From Fimbriosthenelais zetlandica (taxonomy: Eukaryota): a stretch of DNA of 64,000 bases. Positions 27,301-42,114 of the stretch are shown piece by piece. Under the pieces are notes generated by a model. It was not told the origin of the DNA. It made no database searches and was given only the letters and a program-made list of their open reading frames with translations. The translations under genes and the position numbers were made by a program. The stretch is taken from contig OZ365110.1 of NCBI GenBank assembly GCA_977030845.1, forward strand, positions 18,972,001 to 19,036,000, read 5' to 3'. How positions within the stretch are numbered: the stretch's first letter is position 1; each line of letters opens with the position of its first letter.

Positions 27301-29562
27301 GGGTTTCTTTTACCATACAAGTACTGCATCTATATATGATGTAGTTTTATATGATGACGGCTGGCTTTTAGAGCCTTGTAGATGATCCATAGAGATGGTC
27401 AATCAGAGGGGCTAGCAGTATAGGAGGAGGGTAGTCCAGAGCAGGGAGACAACCAAGGCATGAGTCACTTCTTCACGTGGCACATGACACATTTACTCCA
27501 CTGCTGGGATTTTGCTTGTGACCCAATGGAAAATGTGCCACTATGTGCGTCAATCGGCACGTTTTAATTGAAACGAACTATGGTAGTTAATAAACTACGA
27601 TTGGATGTACCTCGGTTTTACAGTGCATTGGAAAACGGCCTTGGACACTTAGACAGCAATTTATTTTATTTTGACACAAGCATCACATTTGTTGCACTAC
27701 TCAGTGTCACAGCAGTGTCACACTTTAGTGTCATGATACGTACTGGTCCTAATACGAGGAAGTATTAGAAATAAGTTTAGCATTACTTAACTCAAAATGT
27801 CTTGATAATGAGAGACCATAAAAATATTCATTCTAACCTATTGTTTCGTCTCCTCATAGACGTTTTCACAAAGGAGAACGCTAGAAAATCATCCTATTGT
27901 CTCCCTGTATAAAAGACAGCAGTATGTGTGATGTGATACTGGAACTTGGTACACAGGAGACAATGGGAGGCATTTCTTTATCGATAAGCAGGAAAAACAC
28001 GAGCAAAGCAGTTGGCAGACAACCATCAATACATCCATCTCTCAGACCCTCGAGGCTGTCCTTCATTGTTACACAGACAATCCATCAAGGCATATTTTTA
28101 CTATCTTTTCTAAAAGAGCCCGGCTAGGTTCTTTGACAAACACCAGAAGTCAATGTAAACCAGACGGAAAACCACGTCCCCCAAAAAGTCTTTGGAAATG
28201 AAGGGTGCCTCTTTCCAAAAGACAATTCTTCGAGACAGGAGCCATTCAAAGCTGACCTTTCAAAACGCTTGTTCCTTCCGGGATAGTGGGTACCTATGGG
28301 GATAGCTATGAGCGGAACAATAGAGGCCATCTTATACAAGAAGGGAATGTGTGTATAAAAGGGGATTCCTTCAATATACAGACAAGACGTGAGTGATTAA
28401 GGCAGTATAGAGGTGATTGTGCTGGAAGAATACCTGACATTTAACAACAAAAGGTGGAGGAACAATGCAGGCGAGGAGCGAGGAAAGCCGTACTTGTGTT
28501 TATCCCTCTCTCAGTTCTACACTCCACACCCATCTGTCAGGCAGCTTTTATAAGATCTCGTAGCATCGTATTAATATAATCCACGCCATCCATTAACCTG
28601 AGGCGTCTGGCGCCCACTTCTCAATGAAAAACAAGTTGTCCGGTTATTCACCAAGAAATATCAGACGCCAGACTGAATTAGTTAAGGGCTATATGATGTG
28701 GTGTTAATGCCTCTCATCCCATTCTCCTCTCATAAATTAATACCCTCTGATTCATACACATTTATGGCAAGGGGGCATCATCATCTGAAAGCCCAGTGGA
28801 TGCAAAGGCTTGGTGAACAATTGTATCGCATTAAATCATATTACCAAAGAATGGCTATGATCCTTCTCCGGGTCTGAATAGGAGGCCATCCGAATTCCCA
28901 AATGTTAATGCAAAAATCAATATGGTGTACAGTACAAGTTGAAATTCTACAAAATATAGTCAATGCAGCTATTCACCAAGAAATAAACCAAATGTGTTGT
29001 CCGAAAAATGAATATTGTGGTTTATGTTAATGTTTGTGATATAATTGTGGCGAATTGAATGTACATGTATCTGGTTAACATGGATTTGATACTGTACATG
29101 TACATAAAACCAGGAACAGTTTCCAAAAAAGGCTCTGTGTTGTGTTGTACAGTTGCCAAGAATTGAAAACGGAATGGCCCAGTGCTGATAAGCTATCTTA
29201 TGGGCTGAGGGATCGAGACTTAGTAGCTCACAAAAGCCGCCTATCTGTAAGAGCTTTGGAAGCACCTTCAGGACAGCCCGAACCCTGTATCTTAAGTGCG
29301 AAGCTCAAATGACCAACAAAAACTCAGTATCCAGGAACATTCTATTGATACCCGAGGCTCAAGTCAAGGGGCTGACCAAGCATATAGTACTTTAATGTCG
29401 CCTGAGGCTAAAAGATAATACATAACCTATTGACCGACTATCGGACAAGACCTCATGGAAAATTCTCTATCTGATTAAAATATAAATGTACCCCAAGAAA
29501 CGTCATGGAAATGGAATATATTAAATTTCTCATTAATTAAAATAATTTCTGAAAGATCCAGT

Positions 29563-29651
<89 letters not shown>

Positions 29652-32600
29652 TGTATAACTTAACTCTCAAGATCTTCAACAAAAGTCTAGACAGTGGAAA
29701 CACAAATTCTTACCCCTCCTAATAACCTGAGCTGTATAGAGAAAATAGGAGCTGACCCACCTGGAGCTGAGCCAACATTCACTCCCGCGGCTGCGAGAAA
29801 TCTGTTTCCCTCGCAACGACTACTACATATATTCTAGCCGAAAAAACACTTTATGAAGGATATTATACCACTTGTGAGCTATAAAATATCTCTGTTTAGA
29901 TGAACCATCTATATATTGTACACGGACAGTATGTCAGAGAAGAAAATGGTTATACAAAATGTAGTTGAGTAGAAGTGATTTACAAAATCCAAATTCAATG
30001 ATAACTTAAGAGACTTATTGCATGGCATTGCATGGCTTTGAAAGGCGGATATTAAGAAAAATCCTCATTCTGTTGAGCTAAGAACATAGCTTTGAGCCCA
30101 AAGAACATTTTCTTGTTTGTAGTTAAGATCTGAGCCACGTGAGTATACATGCCACCAACCTCGACTATTCCCTTGCATCACATGTACATCATCCATCAAT
30201 TAAAGTTATTCCATCTTGACACATGGACTGTTTGAAGGATGACCCTGCTTCCATGCAAATAACAATGCGTGGCCGACCTCTTTCCCGGCTATTTCACCGT
30301 GATTTGAAGACCACCCAAACCAGTATTGAAATGAGGTGTACTTTTGATGAAAAGGGGTATGAACTCTATTTCTATTAGGTACACCTGGGCTTGCCCTGTG
30401 GTCGCCTCAAGGCGGTACACACATTATTCTGTGTCACTGTTGCCTTTTCCAATGAATGCCTTCTGGCTTCCCACAAAAATGATACATGATGGAATTTATT
30501 TGCTGAGAAAAATCTCCAGGACCTGTCTTTGTTTATGACTAGTTTGTCAGGAAGGAAAGGAGATCGCTCCACACTGCAATAGCTGCCATCCCCGATGCTT
30601 TTAAATCCTCATTTATCATGGGTTCACTGTAGGAATTTCCTTTGAAATAATCAATTTTCCATCCGCCACAGCGAAATTAAATTTGGTTGAGGACAAGCCC
30701 TTCAAGCTCCAGCCACCGTGAGGGCATTGATTCATGTGAAAAGACACCCTGGCTTTTCCAGCTTCAATATGAGCTTGGTTAAAAAACGATGAATTTACAT
30801 CAATATGATTGACTCGGAAAGCTATTGCCATTACGATTATTTGTGCCCGGCCATGTATATATCTGTAAGTAATGTGTAACTAATGTGTCTTAAATGAAAA
30901 TACTAAATGAGACTTGAACCACATAACTGAAAACTAAGAGCTGTAAAACAGGGATACATTTTGTCATTTAATAACCCCATAAAATGCCTCATATGATATT
31001 ACCCCCTTCTACTCGTACACTCTTTTTCCACTTGCTGACTGGAAGATACCTTGATGGAATAACTCATTCATTTTATGAACAATCTATGAAAGAATCAAGT
31101 TCGGACAATATACATATCAGAACTGTCCCCAAATAACTGATCTATTCAGTTACCTGCATATAATAGATTAGCCTGTGTCCCGAGAACAACCTTCCTACAC
31201 CAAACATTATGCATGCAGGTGATCAGTGGCTGACTGATATGCAGGTCCCGGGTATAAAAGAATCATGCATGACTCTATAGTGTTAGGCCTGCATGAGAGC
31301 ATCGATAGTGCACCCATGTGCAGAGCGATACACCGGGACTTCCTACATCATCAGATTATACAACAGTCTCTATTCCCTCTCTATGGTAATATTTTTGTGT
31401 ACATTGATTCGCATCTAGTGCAGCATTAGACATAACCTTCTGTACGATTTTATATTCAATGTATATTTCAACAGCTTGTAAGCACTACCAGCAACATAGT
31501 GGTTTAAGCTGAAAATGGTCTGAAAATCCAGAGAGACTGGAAAATCCAAGCATTCCTTACTGATACTACATGGTATCAATTTCAATATTAAAATTTTGAA
31601 TTGATGTGAAGGAACTCAATATGAACAGCTAGTGTGAACATATTAAAATACTGATGCGGAGACACAGTACAAAATGTTTGTACTGTACATTCATTATACG
31701 GTCATCTTAACTAAGGTGCGTATATATGAGGAAGGGGAATGGAATATGAGGAACACAAGGCTAGAAGAGATGCTATAGAGATTCGTTCATCAGCTGTGAG
31801 AGTAGAGTCATCGAGGCGATCTTGGTTCATTGTAGAAGACATTTAGCCTATCCCAACTATATACCTTCTATACTCGTTGCTTTACACCGAGGGTTTGACA
31901 TACACAGTTTTTGGCAAAAGCAGTGGGAATGTTGAGCTGGCAAGGAACCTTACACCTTGGACACACGCCCACAGACAATTCACGGTTCAATATGGCCATG
32001 GAGAAGGATCATAGACACGAGTGTGTTCCATGCCCAGGCGGCTAATATTAATGCATCTTTCCACATGAAACATTCATATACATGAAACATTAACATGCAA
32101 AATGTTCCATGCAAAATATTCAATAAACATACGGCACGGGTTTCCATTTCACCTGTAAATATATATATTATGTACCCCCGAAATCATATTTCTAAAGGTT
32201 GTTACATGTACATAGTTTTCTTAGATAATGAATAAGGCTATGTAAACTTCAATCTATTTTACAATATTTATATGGCAATTACAAGTGGAAAATGTTTCTC
32301 TAACTAAAAACCGTAAGTGTTTGCAATATGGAAAGAAAAGGTGCAATCTGATCCTTTTTTGTTACAATATCCGCATACATTTCAAGGCGACTTTCCCCTG
32401 AAGACAACACCAGGCATCTATACTCCCACAAGAGATTCATACCCGTCTAATGAGCCACCTAATATCAGAGTATAGCCTTGCGAGTATAAGCTTAATCTAG
32501 AGACTCATAACTGACTATTTATCACCAAGGTTTATCCATTCTCTATGGAGAGCTACCGGCGTTATAATCCATAGTATAAGGTGGCAGAGAGCAAGGCACA

Positions 32601-35600
32601 GCTCCCATAGTCTGACGCTACATTATTCTTTAAAAAATCTAAAGGAAATAACTGGGTTTTTTAAGGAAGAAAAAGAAGGGAATCCTTAGATCATCAAGCT
32701 GATTATATGTGATCCTCACACACACTGACTTTGTTAATTTCCTGTTCCTTGCATTTTAATACAATTGGAGCATTATTAAGTCATCTCAGTTATTAAATTT
32801 AATTTAAAATTATCCTACGAGGGAGTGCCTTCGTACCTGACCTAAACAGGTAGACCGCACTGAGAAAATATTAATTTAAATCTAAATCGAACCATGTCAT
32901 AGCCTCAAGGCAAAACACTACAAGAGTGGATGCAGGTCCAACCACGAGACTCATAGATCATTCCATCTCATGTAAGGTTAGCTCGAGAGTATATACCTAC
33001 ACCTATACAATCTGATAACAGATTTATAACAATGTAAACCATAAACATAACACTAGGCTTAGAATATATTATCTCCAGGCTAAAAGACTGATATATGAGA
33101 GAGCTTGCTTCCTCCTGTATCCACTTAGTGAGACCACCCAAGCCTATGTAATTGTTCTTGTATTCAGGTCAAAGCATCATATTGCTCTTTGTCCAGGCGT
33201 GGCATTCACCGAGGTGTTCTTAAAGCGTTCAGCGGGCTGAGCTGTTGTATAGTCATAGGGATCAGGTTAGCCAAGGCGGCTCCATTAACCGATACCTGAG
33301 TCTGAGTCAGGCTTCACTGATCATCTAGACCTCTGTATGATCTCACTGATTCATCATCCCAACATAAACATGCCACCTGATGCTTTACATCCGTCTACGC
33401 TCACCCCAGATCATATTATCAATGTTAAAAGTGGGTGTATAATAATTATTATAGATTTATAAATCAAAATATAAACCCATGGTGTATATATTATAGTTAA
33501 GATGGAAATTAATGAGAAAAGACTACCAGAAACAGACATGACCAAGGTGCATGCAATTTCTTTTTATAAAAGGTTCGGATATATTATAGGCAAGGGCCTA
33601 GTTAGGATGTAAATTAAAATTTAGGAGATAAAACTGTCAGAAACAAAGCCAAATGCAATCACGAAGCTGAATAAACTTCCTTAACATTATAGTTAAGATG
33701 GAAATTAATGAGAAAAGACTACCAGAAACAGACATGACCAAGGTGCATGCAATTTCTTTTTATAAAAGGTTCGGATATATTATAGGCAAGGGCCTAGTTA
33801 GGATGTAAATTAAAATTTAGGAGATAAAACTGTCAGAAACAAAGCCAAATGCAATCACGAAGCTGAATAAACTTCCTTAACATTATAGTTAAATAGTTAA
33901 TTAATACATTTAAAAGATCCGCCTCACATGTAATTAAACGACTCGTACTTAAACTAAATTTCTAATGACTAATACTCGGAAAATAGCTCAGGTGAAAAAC
34001 AGGTTAATACAACTGCATGGGTTGACAAAGCTCTTCAATGGTAAGGTGCACTTAGTTTGTGAAAACATTCTATCGTCAATGTATAAGGACTGTTAAGGTG
34101 ATGAATAGGTCCGTGTTATTGATGTTATTGGATATCATAACCAGAATATCAGCAAAGACAAATAAAGAATTCTATCACGGATATTATAAAAGATCTGGGG
34201 AACCAACACGAGATATGAATAGGATGTAGGTGATAGAACAAATAAACCAAATTGGTTGCTTATGTAATCGAGGAAGCCTATGATGATATTATATAATTCA
34301 AGAGTTTAATAAAAAGGAATGAGTGGTACCTTAACTAAATGATTACCATTGACCAATGACTGCCCAAACAATTATAACATTTGCACCAGATGTGAGTTGA
34401 GTGAGAGAGAGAAAAACACCTGCTATGCACCTGCATGTCAAAGCTAGTCTTTTATGTTGGAGCTGGAAGCAAAACCATACTTCATACCCCCAGGAAAGCG
34501 CTATCATTCCTTCCTAGAAATGCCTAGAAGTGTGAACTTTGGACTGGGCCTGTTGGTCCACACTACATCATGATCGTCATCACTCATATAACTGGCGGGA
34601 CTTTTTTGTAATGCAATGCCACACTGTGCTGCGGCTCCACCACCACCCACGGGCAGAGTGATGATCCAGATTTGCTACCAGCCATTTACACTGAGATCTT
34701 TTGGCAGGCAACAGCCTCCGGTGTTAGCAGTGAATAGGCCATTTGCATGGTAGAAGAAAGGATGGCGAAACGTTGCTCGCATGTTCAAGGTTTTCAACAG
34801 TGAACCGCGGGATAACAAGTGGAATATTGTGTACATATAATGTTAGGCTGTCCTGCTAAATCCCAGACCAAAGTGGGATTTAGATAACTGATGTGGGGCA
34901 CAGATTAAGAGTGTAAATGTTTATCACTGCAAATCGCCAAGCAATTATTTGCATTATATGGGCAGGGTAGGGGGCTGAATATATCATGTGTATGTGTATA
35001 TATTATGTACGTATTTCACATGAGGAAAATCCATAAATAATTACTTAAATTAGATATTTATGATCATCTGACAGTCCTATTTGAGTATTCTTGTAACTTA
35101 TGACCCAAGGATTGAATACTCGAGGTATATAAATTATATTAAGCCTGCTGCCATTCATCTGGCTGGATTTGACATTTGCTCTGGCTTGAAGAGGAATATT
35201 TCTAGTTATTCCTGCTAAACTTCATCCCAGCTTCCGTACCCAGACTTGCAAAGAGTTCCACGAAGCTAAAAGAATATCAGTCCAAAAGAATAGCAGTAGT
35301 GAATCATTTATGTCATGATTCCCCAATTCTGAAAGCAATTTCAAGTCAAATATATAAAATTTAATGTTTTAGAGGGAACTTGACTCTTCTGCAACATTAA
35401 AATTAAGTGAAGGGACTGGAGTTGAACTATTACTTCTGTCTGAGAGGTTTTAGTTGGTGTACACTGACTGACTCCATAACAACTTGAACTCGAGCTAACG
35501 TATTATCCCCTTGTGTGAGGTCACCAGGGCGCTTTCCTTCATGTACTTAGCAAGCTGTGCTATGGTCTAGATCATATATCTCACTCTTTCCTCTTCAAAC

Positions 35601-38600
35601 AGGTATATTTATCTTTAAGTTCCAAACTACAAGATGAACCCAGTAAAAATGAAAAAAAATAATATACAAATTGACTGTGGCGAAAGAAGAAAAATATCTG
35701 ACCACTCTATAAGTATTTCCAAGACCTGTACAGTATTTAGATAGGCAGAAAACGATCCTCGTTAGAAAAAAAATCAGACGATATTTCATTGAAATGAAAT
35801 AACACCAACGCAGAAATATTGCACGTTCCTGAATGAGACAATAGAACCATTCTCTATAGGCCTAATGATGTATGATATATGTGTTTTTTCTCTGCCCTTA
35901 GGGGATATGAACAAATTCCTCATTCCACCATTATTGTATGGGATATATATATACCATTGCTCTGCACAATTCAAATGATTGTAAAATAGCATACAGATAC
36001 AGGTTCATTTGGAGTAACACCAAACCCAATACCAGGATAGGCAACTGTACTGTAGATAGTTTTTGGTGCCCACCGTCATCAAATAAACATGACCCGAGGG
36101 CCTTCAAAGTCTCCCATGGCGGATGAGCAAGCCTGTATCCATCACATTTAACCAGTATTCACAACCCGCGGCTCTACATAAGGCTTTTAGAGAAACGAGA
36201 GATAAACAGGTCCAACCTTACATATATATACACATACTATACCCCGACCACAGATACATCCTCCCGAATTCAGAAGCTAAGGATGGTTCTGCAGCCTGCA
36301 AAAATAAACACACTCACAGTGCCACTCCCAAACCATTAGACACCCCTTCATTTAGGCGAAAACAAAGAGAAGCAGGCCCCATTTAAGATTGTCATTGAAG
36401 TGGAGTGTGAAATAAGTTTTGCCATTAAAACGGACAGGGGGTGGGGTACAATGGAGGAAGTGTGTTGCCTTCAGGAAGTGATGCTCTTAGCAGCCTGATA
36501 AAATACGGATAGGTTTACATTAGCTGTCTGCGGTTGTAGTACTGAAAATACCTGCTTTAACTGGGTAGAGTCAATACTATGGCCTGGAAGATGTTGAAAG
36601 GGTCAGATTAGGTTATATACCCTAACCTTATGAACTGGACAAGTTTGGGAAAATTTTCTCTCAAAACTTTCCATTCATCGTGCATGCAGGCAGCAAGAAA
36701 TATTGAACCCAGTGAACTATGGGTGGTTCTGAGATAATTATCCCATTTGCAGAGCATATTGCCATCTGGGGATCTACCAAAATCCCCGGGAAAGAAGTAC
36801 GAACACATGTGTTATATGACAGAGCAAGCTGCCAGTTGTATATTATGACTGAGTTATAGAAGGATGGCTGCCATAGCAGTGCATAGAATGCAAACGTCAG
36901 GCGGGCATGGTGATTATGGGTATTGTGAATACCAGTCCATTTTCTAATCCATCATTCATAACAATATGATGTGCATATCTATCTAATGGAAGCAGCAGCA
37001 GTTACAGAGCATGGATCCAGGGTGACAAACTAGCTCAACATAGCACAGCCCAGCTCTATAATTATTGCTCTCTCCAGTCTGATGGCTCCAACATTGTCGA
37101 ACATTAACACAAAAACAATCAATTAAAACTGAACTAATTACCAGCGAAATAATTATATACTTCTGAAGTAGTCAGGCGGGGGAAAGATATTTTCTTCTCT
37201 TTTTGGGGCGGGGGACGGTGGGCTTAGGGGGGCAGGGATGTGTTCCAATTACATGTGAAATTGAGTTAGATGGGTTTAGAAAATTCCAAAGATTTTTATT
37301 CCTTAGAAGTTTACCAAACCCCTGGTAACAAATGAGAACCATTCCCTAAACTCAATAGGCACCCTGCGATGAAATATATTGCCATTCTTTTCATGTGTCA
37401 TTCCATGGAACAACTTTGCTCTCCAGTCAGCGGTAGGGGCCACACAGACTGCATGGACCCCCTTGAAGAGAGAAAAATAATGAAAAACTCCTATCCTTAG
37501 CAGCAAGAGGACACACATCGGGGGAAACAACAGGCTCGTGGAACTATATCTAGTTCACATGCCCATCATGACTTGACGATTCGTTTGTCAGTCGGGCTCT
37601 GCTGCAGACAGGAGTCGATGAGAGAGTATTTTTCAATGTCTTCCCATTTTCTCCAGTCCTTCTAGCTCCTTCATCAACCCAAAGAGTGTTTTTTATCATT
37701 GAATGTAGAAAGAAATATATCTTTTCTCCATAGATCACTCTTCGGCTGACTTAACTTTGAAGCGCGCAGAATAAATTGTTTTCAAGTCAGGCTTGGTAAA
37801 CATAAAGGAAGCTATGTGCAACTTGAGACGGGAGAGTTTCTCTTCCGGAAAAAAAACATGTAACTGGGAATCGGTGACCAAACCGTGAACCGCATCCTCA
37901 GAGGGCTTGTTTCAACAGACCTGACACGGTTCTCCATAAAATTGTACTTTGGGTTGACATAATTTAGCTGCTGTTCAGAAACAGGCCCCTGGTCGCCTGT
38001 ATGGTATAAATGGGTTGGAATCTAAATTTCTCCATCATTACGCCCATTGTATGTCTAAAGACCCACATTGTTCCTAATTTTCCAGAATGAACATCCAGAG
38101 GCAGAGGAAAGTGAAAATACAGACAGATGGGAGATAAACAGGGGAGGGACTGGGGGGATGGGGGGTGGGGGGGGGGGGGGTGTCACTGGGAGACATCAAC
38201 CCAGGCTTAACCACGGAAACATAGAGGATTAACTGGGTAGTGTCAAAGGGAAGGAAAGCTTGTATTTCCTGGGGAGTTGTCTCAAATGTGGAGAGGCATT
38301 CTATGGGACATCCCTCAGGGCGCACCCCAGAACCAACATTCTGTCCAAAGCTTTAGATGTCACTGAGGAACACCCCAACCCCCAACCCACCCACAAACCA
38401 CCTGTCCTCTCATTGAACAGACCAGATTAGGAACATTTTTCTCTTTGTCTTATGCATGTTTTTTTTCATGAAAAGGCATTAGTTTTAATCATGAAAAGAT
38501 TCTCAGTGGCATAGTACTGTACTGCATATTTTAAACGGGGAAAGAAGGAAGATGAGTCATCATTTTTAGTTTTTAGTTAAAGCAAAATTCCCATGAATGA

Positions 38601-40566
38601 CAACTCCCAAAATAGCTATGACACAATCGAGAAAAATAAATTATCATAAATAGCTTGCAAAGAAGAAATAAAATGTTACATGAGTCATATGAACAAGAAA
38701 ATGATTATTCACTGAACCGTTTCTGGTGATGCTCTACATACGTAGAAAATTATCTATAAATGATAAGCATGAGTAAGTTTTTTTCAACACAGGACCTTAT
38801 TTTACAGGTGGTGAATTTGTTCCTTATAAGATTTAGACTAATTATTCTAACAGGAGGCTACTTTGTCAGTGGCAGCTGGCCAGGGTAATATATGAATATA
38901 GGCTACATCTTCTCATTTCCAAGTCAAGCCTGGAGCTCCACTTCAAGATGTTCTTAATTAGGTCAACTACATTGGCAAGATAACTGTTAAACAGCCAAAG
39001 GCCATGTGTTTCCTATTAGACACCATGTGCCTGGGAAAGGTTAATGGACAATATGTTATATATCACGTCCAAGAAGATTGGAAACCTTGATAATAATGTT
39101 CTACCAATGCCTATATGAGGTTATGTAGGCCTAATAGACAACCATTGATTCATATAATCATCGAGATATCTGACCAAATGGCTCAGTGGACCATTGAAAA
39201 ATTGGGATAACGATCATATAGTACCATAGTTCTTCGGGCCATCTGATTTAGAGAATGACCATTTCGATTTGAGATCAAATGGAAAAATTGTCTCTTATTT
39301 CTACCCCTGATAGAGTAAAGAAAAATATGTAAAAAGGGGCTCATGTATACATGATGTATAGTAATTAGAATACTTAGAATAAAAGGATTTCCATAATTGT
39401 CAATAGATATAGCCTGGTATCATGTATCTTTGGGTAACATTCCAATTAACATATAGGCCTACTCTATATTTGAACAATGATCCTACACATAGTCTTCCAC
39501 ACCACCTCTGCCAGATTCACACCTTTACAGCGCACCTGTTAACCTATTTAAAATATTCACAGAGGTGTTTGCCACCCCAGCCTTCTCCCCGTAAACATGG
39601 TGTACACATGTGAGGGTAATTATTCTTGTAAATTAATAAAATATATTATTAATGTTTAGATTCCTTCATTCAATTAAGGGTTTAGGGGCCTATGATTGGA
39701 GTCTACAAAGAGCGTAGCCTATAAATATAATTACTTGATACTAAGTAGGCCTAATGCTAAGACCTCAGAGTAAAATGACTCTTAAGCTAAGACAAATAAT
39801 ATAGAAATTAAAAGAGAAAACAATTATCAGCAATTATCTAATATTTTCCTATGATCCCATATTAAAGGCTATCTGCTGAACAGTGCTGAAGACACTCCAT
39901 ACTAGGGTAGGGGCCTAGGCCTACACATCAATAAGACCCAATGAACACAAGTCGACCTACACATTTGAGAGGTGCATAGAAATCTGAAGATTAACACCTG
40001 GTTAAAATCGATCCTCTAGCATGGCATTGAGTCAGCTGACATGCTGATTTTTCCCCACCCAGCATTCAAGCAATGATTCCCGTTGGAGTGGCTGTAGCCT
40101 TTACCGAGCTAAGGGCTCCTACAGCCGCCACTACTCCAGGCTGCTAAGCGGGGGAGTGGAGAACCTAGAATCTACAGCCATGCAGGGGCTTAATAATTTT
40201 CCCTTCACAAATAACTTACAGCTTAAAATTCTTAAATATGAACCCATGGAATGGTTATATTGTTCCTATAGAAGGATTGGAGGGGATATAGATCACAGCT
40301 GTAGTGTAGATGTGTGAATCAGTGAATGACAAGATCAACACACCCAGTGATTCACCCTCACATTCCCATCATGATACCCGTCATGCTTTTCATTTACATT
40401 TTCAAGCCCACAACTAGAACTATCCCACAAACGAAATACAACAAAATACAGGGCTGATATTAGAAAATCCATACATACCTTTGGTTTGTGTGGCAAGACA
40501 GCCACGATGGAGAATATCCAAGAAAACTAAGAGCACCGTAAAGGTCCACCACTCCAGTCCGACCAT
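24389..40566 (-). CDS. ADAM-family (reprolysin M12B) metalloprotease, 5' coding part: exon 40479-40566 (signal peptide) and exon 24389-24510 (start of prodomain); remainder outside the window
   Basis: ATG at 40566 in ACCATGG context with an in-frame upstream stop; MVGLEWWTFTVLLVFLDILHRGCLATQTK then phase-1 donor AG/GTATGT. Exon 24510-24389 has a pyrimidine-tract acceptor TTTTTTTCTCCAG and donor CAG/GTACT. It splices in frame to give VAEDALHLQSVKDDFSYHEIVWPRIYVNGIRHRRSTTLKPQ, resembling the ADAM prodomain start (hEIVxP...RxRRS) with ADAM-like exon phases (1 then 0). Subfamily not assignable. Confidence 0.72.
29566..29647. repeat. (TA)n microsatellite, about 40 units
   Basis: Uninterrupted TA run read directly. 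Confidence 0.97.
33490..33892 (+). repeat. Near-perfect tandem duplication, 196 bp unit x2
   Basis: TTATAGTTAA... recurs at 33491, 33687 and (partial) 33883; the two full copies appear identical by eye. Confidence 0.92.
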
Positions 40567-41319
40567 GGTTTCATTTCTGGGTGAGCCTGCCCTAGTTTGT
40601 AGTGTGTTGTGGGAGGGAGGAGGAGGGGGTGGCTTCACCGCTTACTCCTCCTGCAAGCATGCGGTTTTGTTTACTTGGAAATTAGGCCATTTCGTGAGTA
40701 CAACACCAGAGGGAGCCACGGCAGGTTTTAAACGATAGTTGAGACGACATCTAGTAGCGACCCATTCAGGAGCCTAGGCAGAAAATAGAAACTATATAAT
40801 TATGCCTAATGGTGTAGGCAGTTGGCCCTATAATAATCCAAATATCCTACCGGTAGGACTACTTTGATACGAGGAGATAAATTAGGTCTAAACCCCAAAT
40901 AGGTCTAGGCTACCTCCAAGTCTTAGGCCTACTCCACATGTCTTAGGCCTAGGCCTACTGCACATCATGAACCACACACCAGGATCCCACGCTTGCAGAA
41001 GTTTTTGATCAAATTAGGCCTATATAGGCATGGCATATAGGCCTAAGCAGTAGGCCTAAATAGTAGGCCTACCCCACCGTCTTCTTTCACATCATACAGA
41101 AAAATATTGAACAATAGCTTAGGCTACCTTTGATATGATAAGAAAATTCAGACCATCCCCTTCTTTCAAATAATATGCATAACTTTAGAAATAGGCCTAC
41201 ATTAGGCCTAGGCCCTACCACAGGATTTGCGTGGAGTTTTGTGTTCTGCCAATCAATTCTAACATCGTCATATCAAAATGAAAAATGGTCATTCCAAAGG
41301 ATTTTCAAAAATAACTTAC

Positions 41320-41432
41320 CTTTAACATAGGCCTAATGAGAAAATATGGCATCCGCCCCACAATCCTGTTCTTTGACACCACAGAATGCGTCTGCCAACA
41401 TTCTAGTCATCAAACCAGAATTTAAGAGGGTC
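41320..41432 (-). other. Candidate non-coding (5' UTR) exon of the ADAM gene
   Basis: On the minus strand, acceptor CTCCTTTTGCAG/ and donor AAG/GTAAGT bracket 113 nt with stops in all three frames; it lies about 0.7 kb upstream of the acceptor (40650) of the ADAM ATG exon. Confidence 0.4.
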
Positions 41433-42114
41433 CTGCAAAAGGAGTTTTATAAATAATTTGGCAGTGTTATCATGGAAAAGGATAGGCCTGGTTTGTTTAA
41501 TTATAAATAGCCTTGTGACAGATATGTGTCACATCTAATATTGTAGAAGGTGATATAATAATGATGAGGATGAGGCCTACTCTAGGTTTTATTGGAGAGT
41601 CCAGCTCAGAGTATAATGACTGTAGGCCTACAATGTAGGCCCCTGTCTATGTGTTCGTATGAATGTCCAGTAGTGTTCTAAAGAGTGTCCCAAGGCGTTC
41701 TGTCTGTGAACCCAAAGGTATGGGTTTATATACAGTCAGGGAGCGAAGCCCCATACATTAATAATAATATAAAGATAAGGCTGCCTGCATCCCATGTCAT
41801 CAAAGCATTGATAATGACAATAGGGATGTCAAGCTTTTAAGATGCCACACCATGGATGCTCCTCAGATGTAGGCCTAGGCTGGCTTGGAAGTTGGATAAG
41901 GGTTAGATAGGCCTACGGCAATGCTAAATATTAGGCCTACTGAATAAACATAAGAGAGGGTAAGTTAGGATTATTGACAAACATATAGGTCTATAGACAT
42001 CGAGATTGGGTAACATTAGGCTACTAGCCCATATGCATACGTTACTGCGCATGACCGGAAATCGATTGCGCGCATTGCACTCTGGGAGCGTTTGAGGTTC
42101 CGGTGTAAACAAAG

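Noticed and set aside
30344-30831. Short ORFs with protein-like stretches
   Set aside because: Interrupted by stops, no recognisable motif; insufficient support.
34760-34785. GAAACGTT motif suggesting a Penelope/hammerhead end
   Set aside because: No upstream CTGANGA core or supporting stems found.
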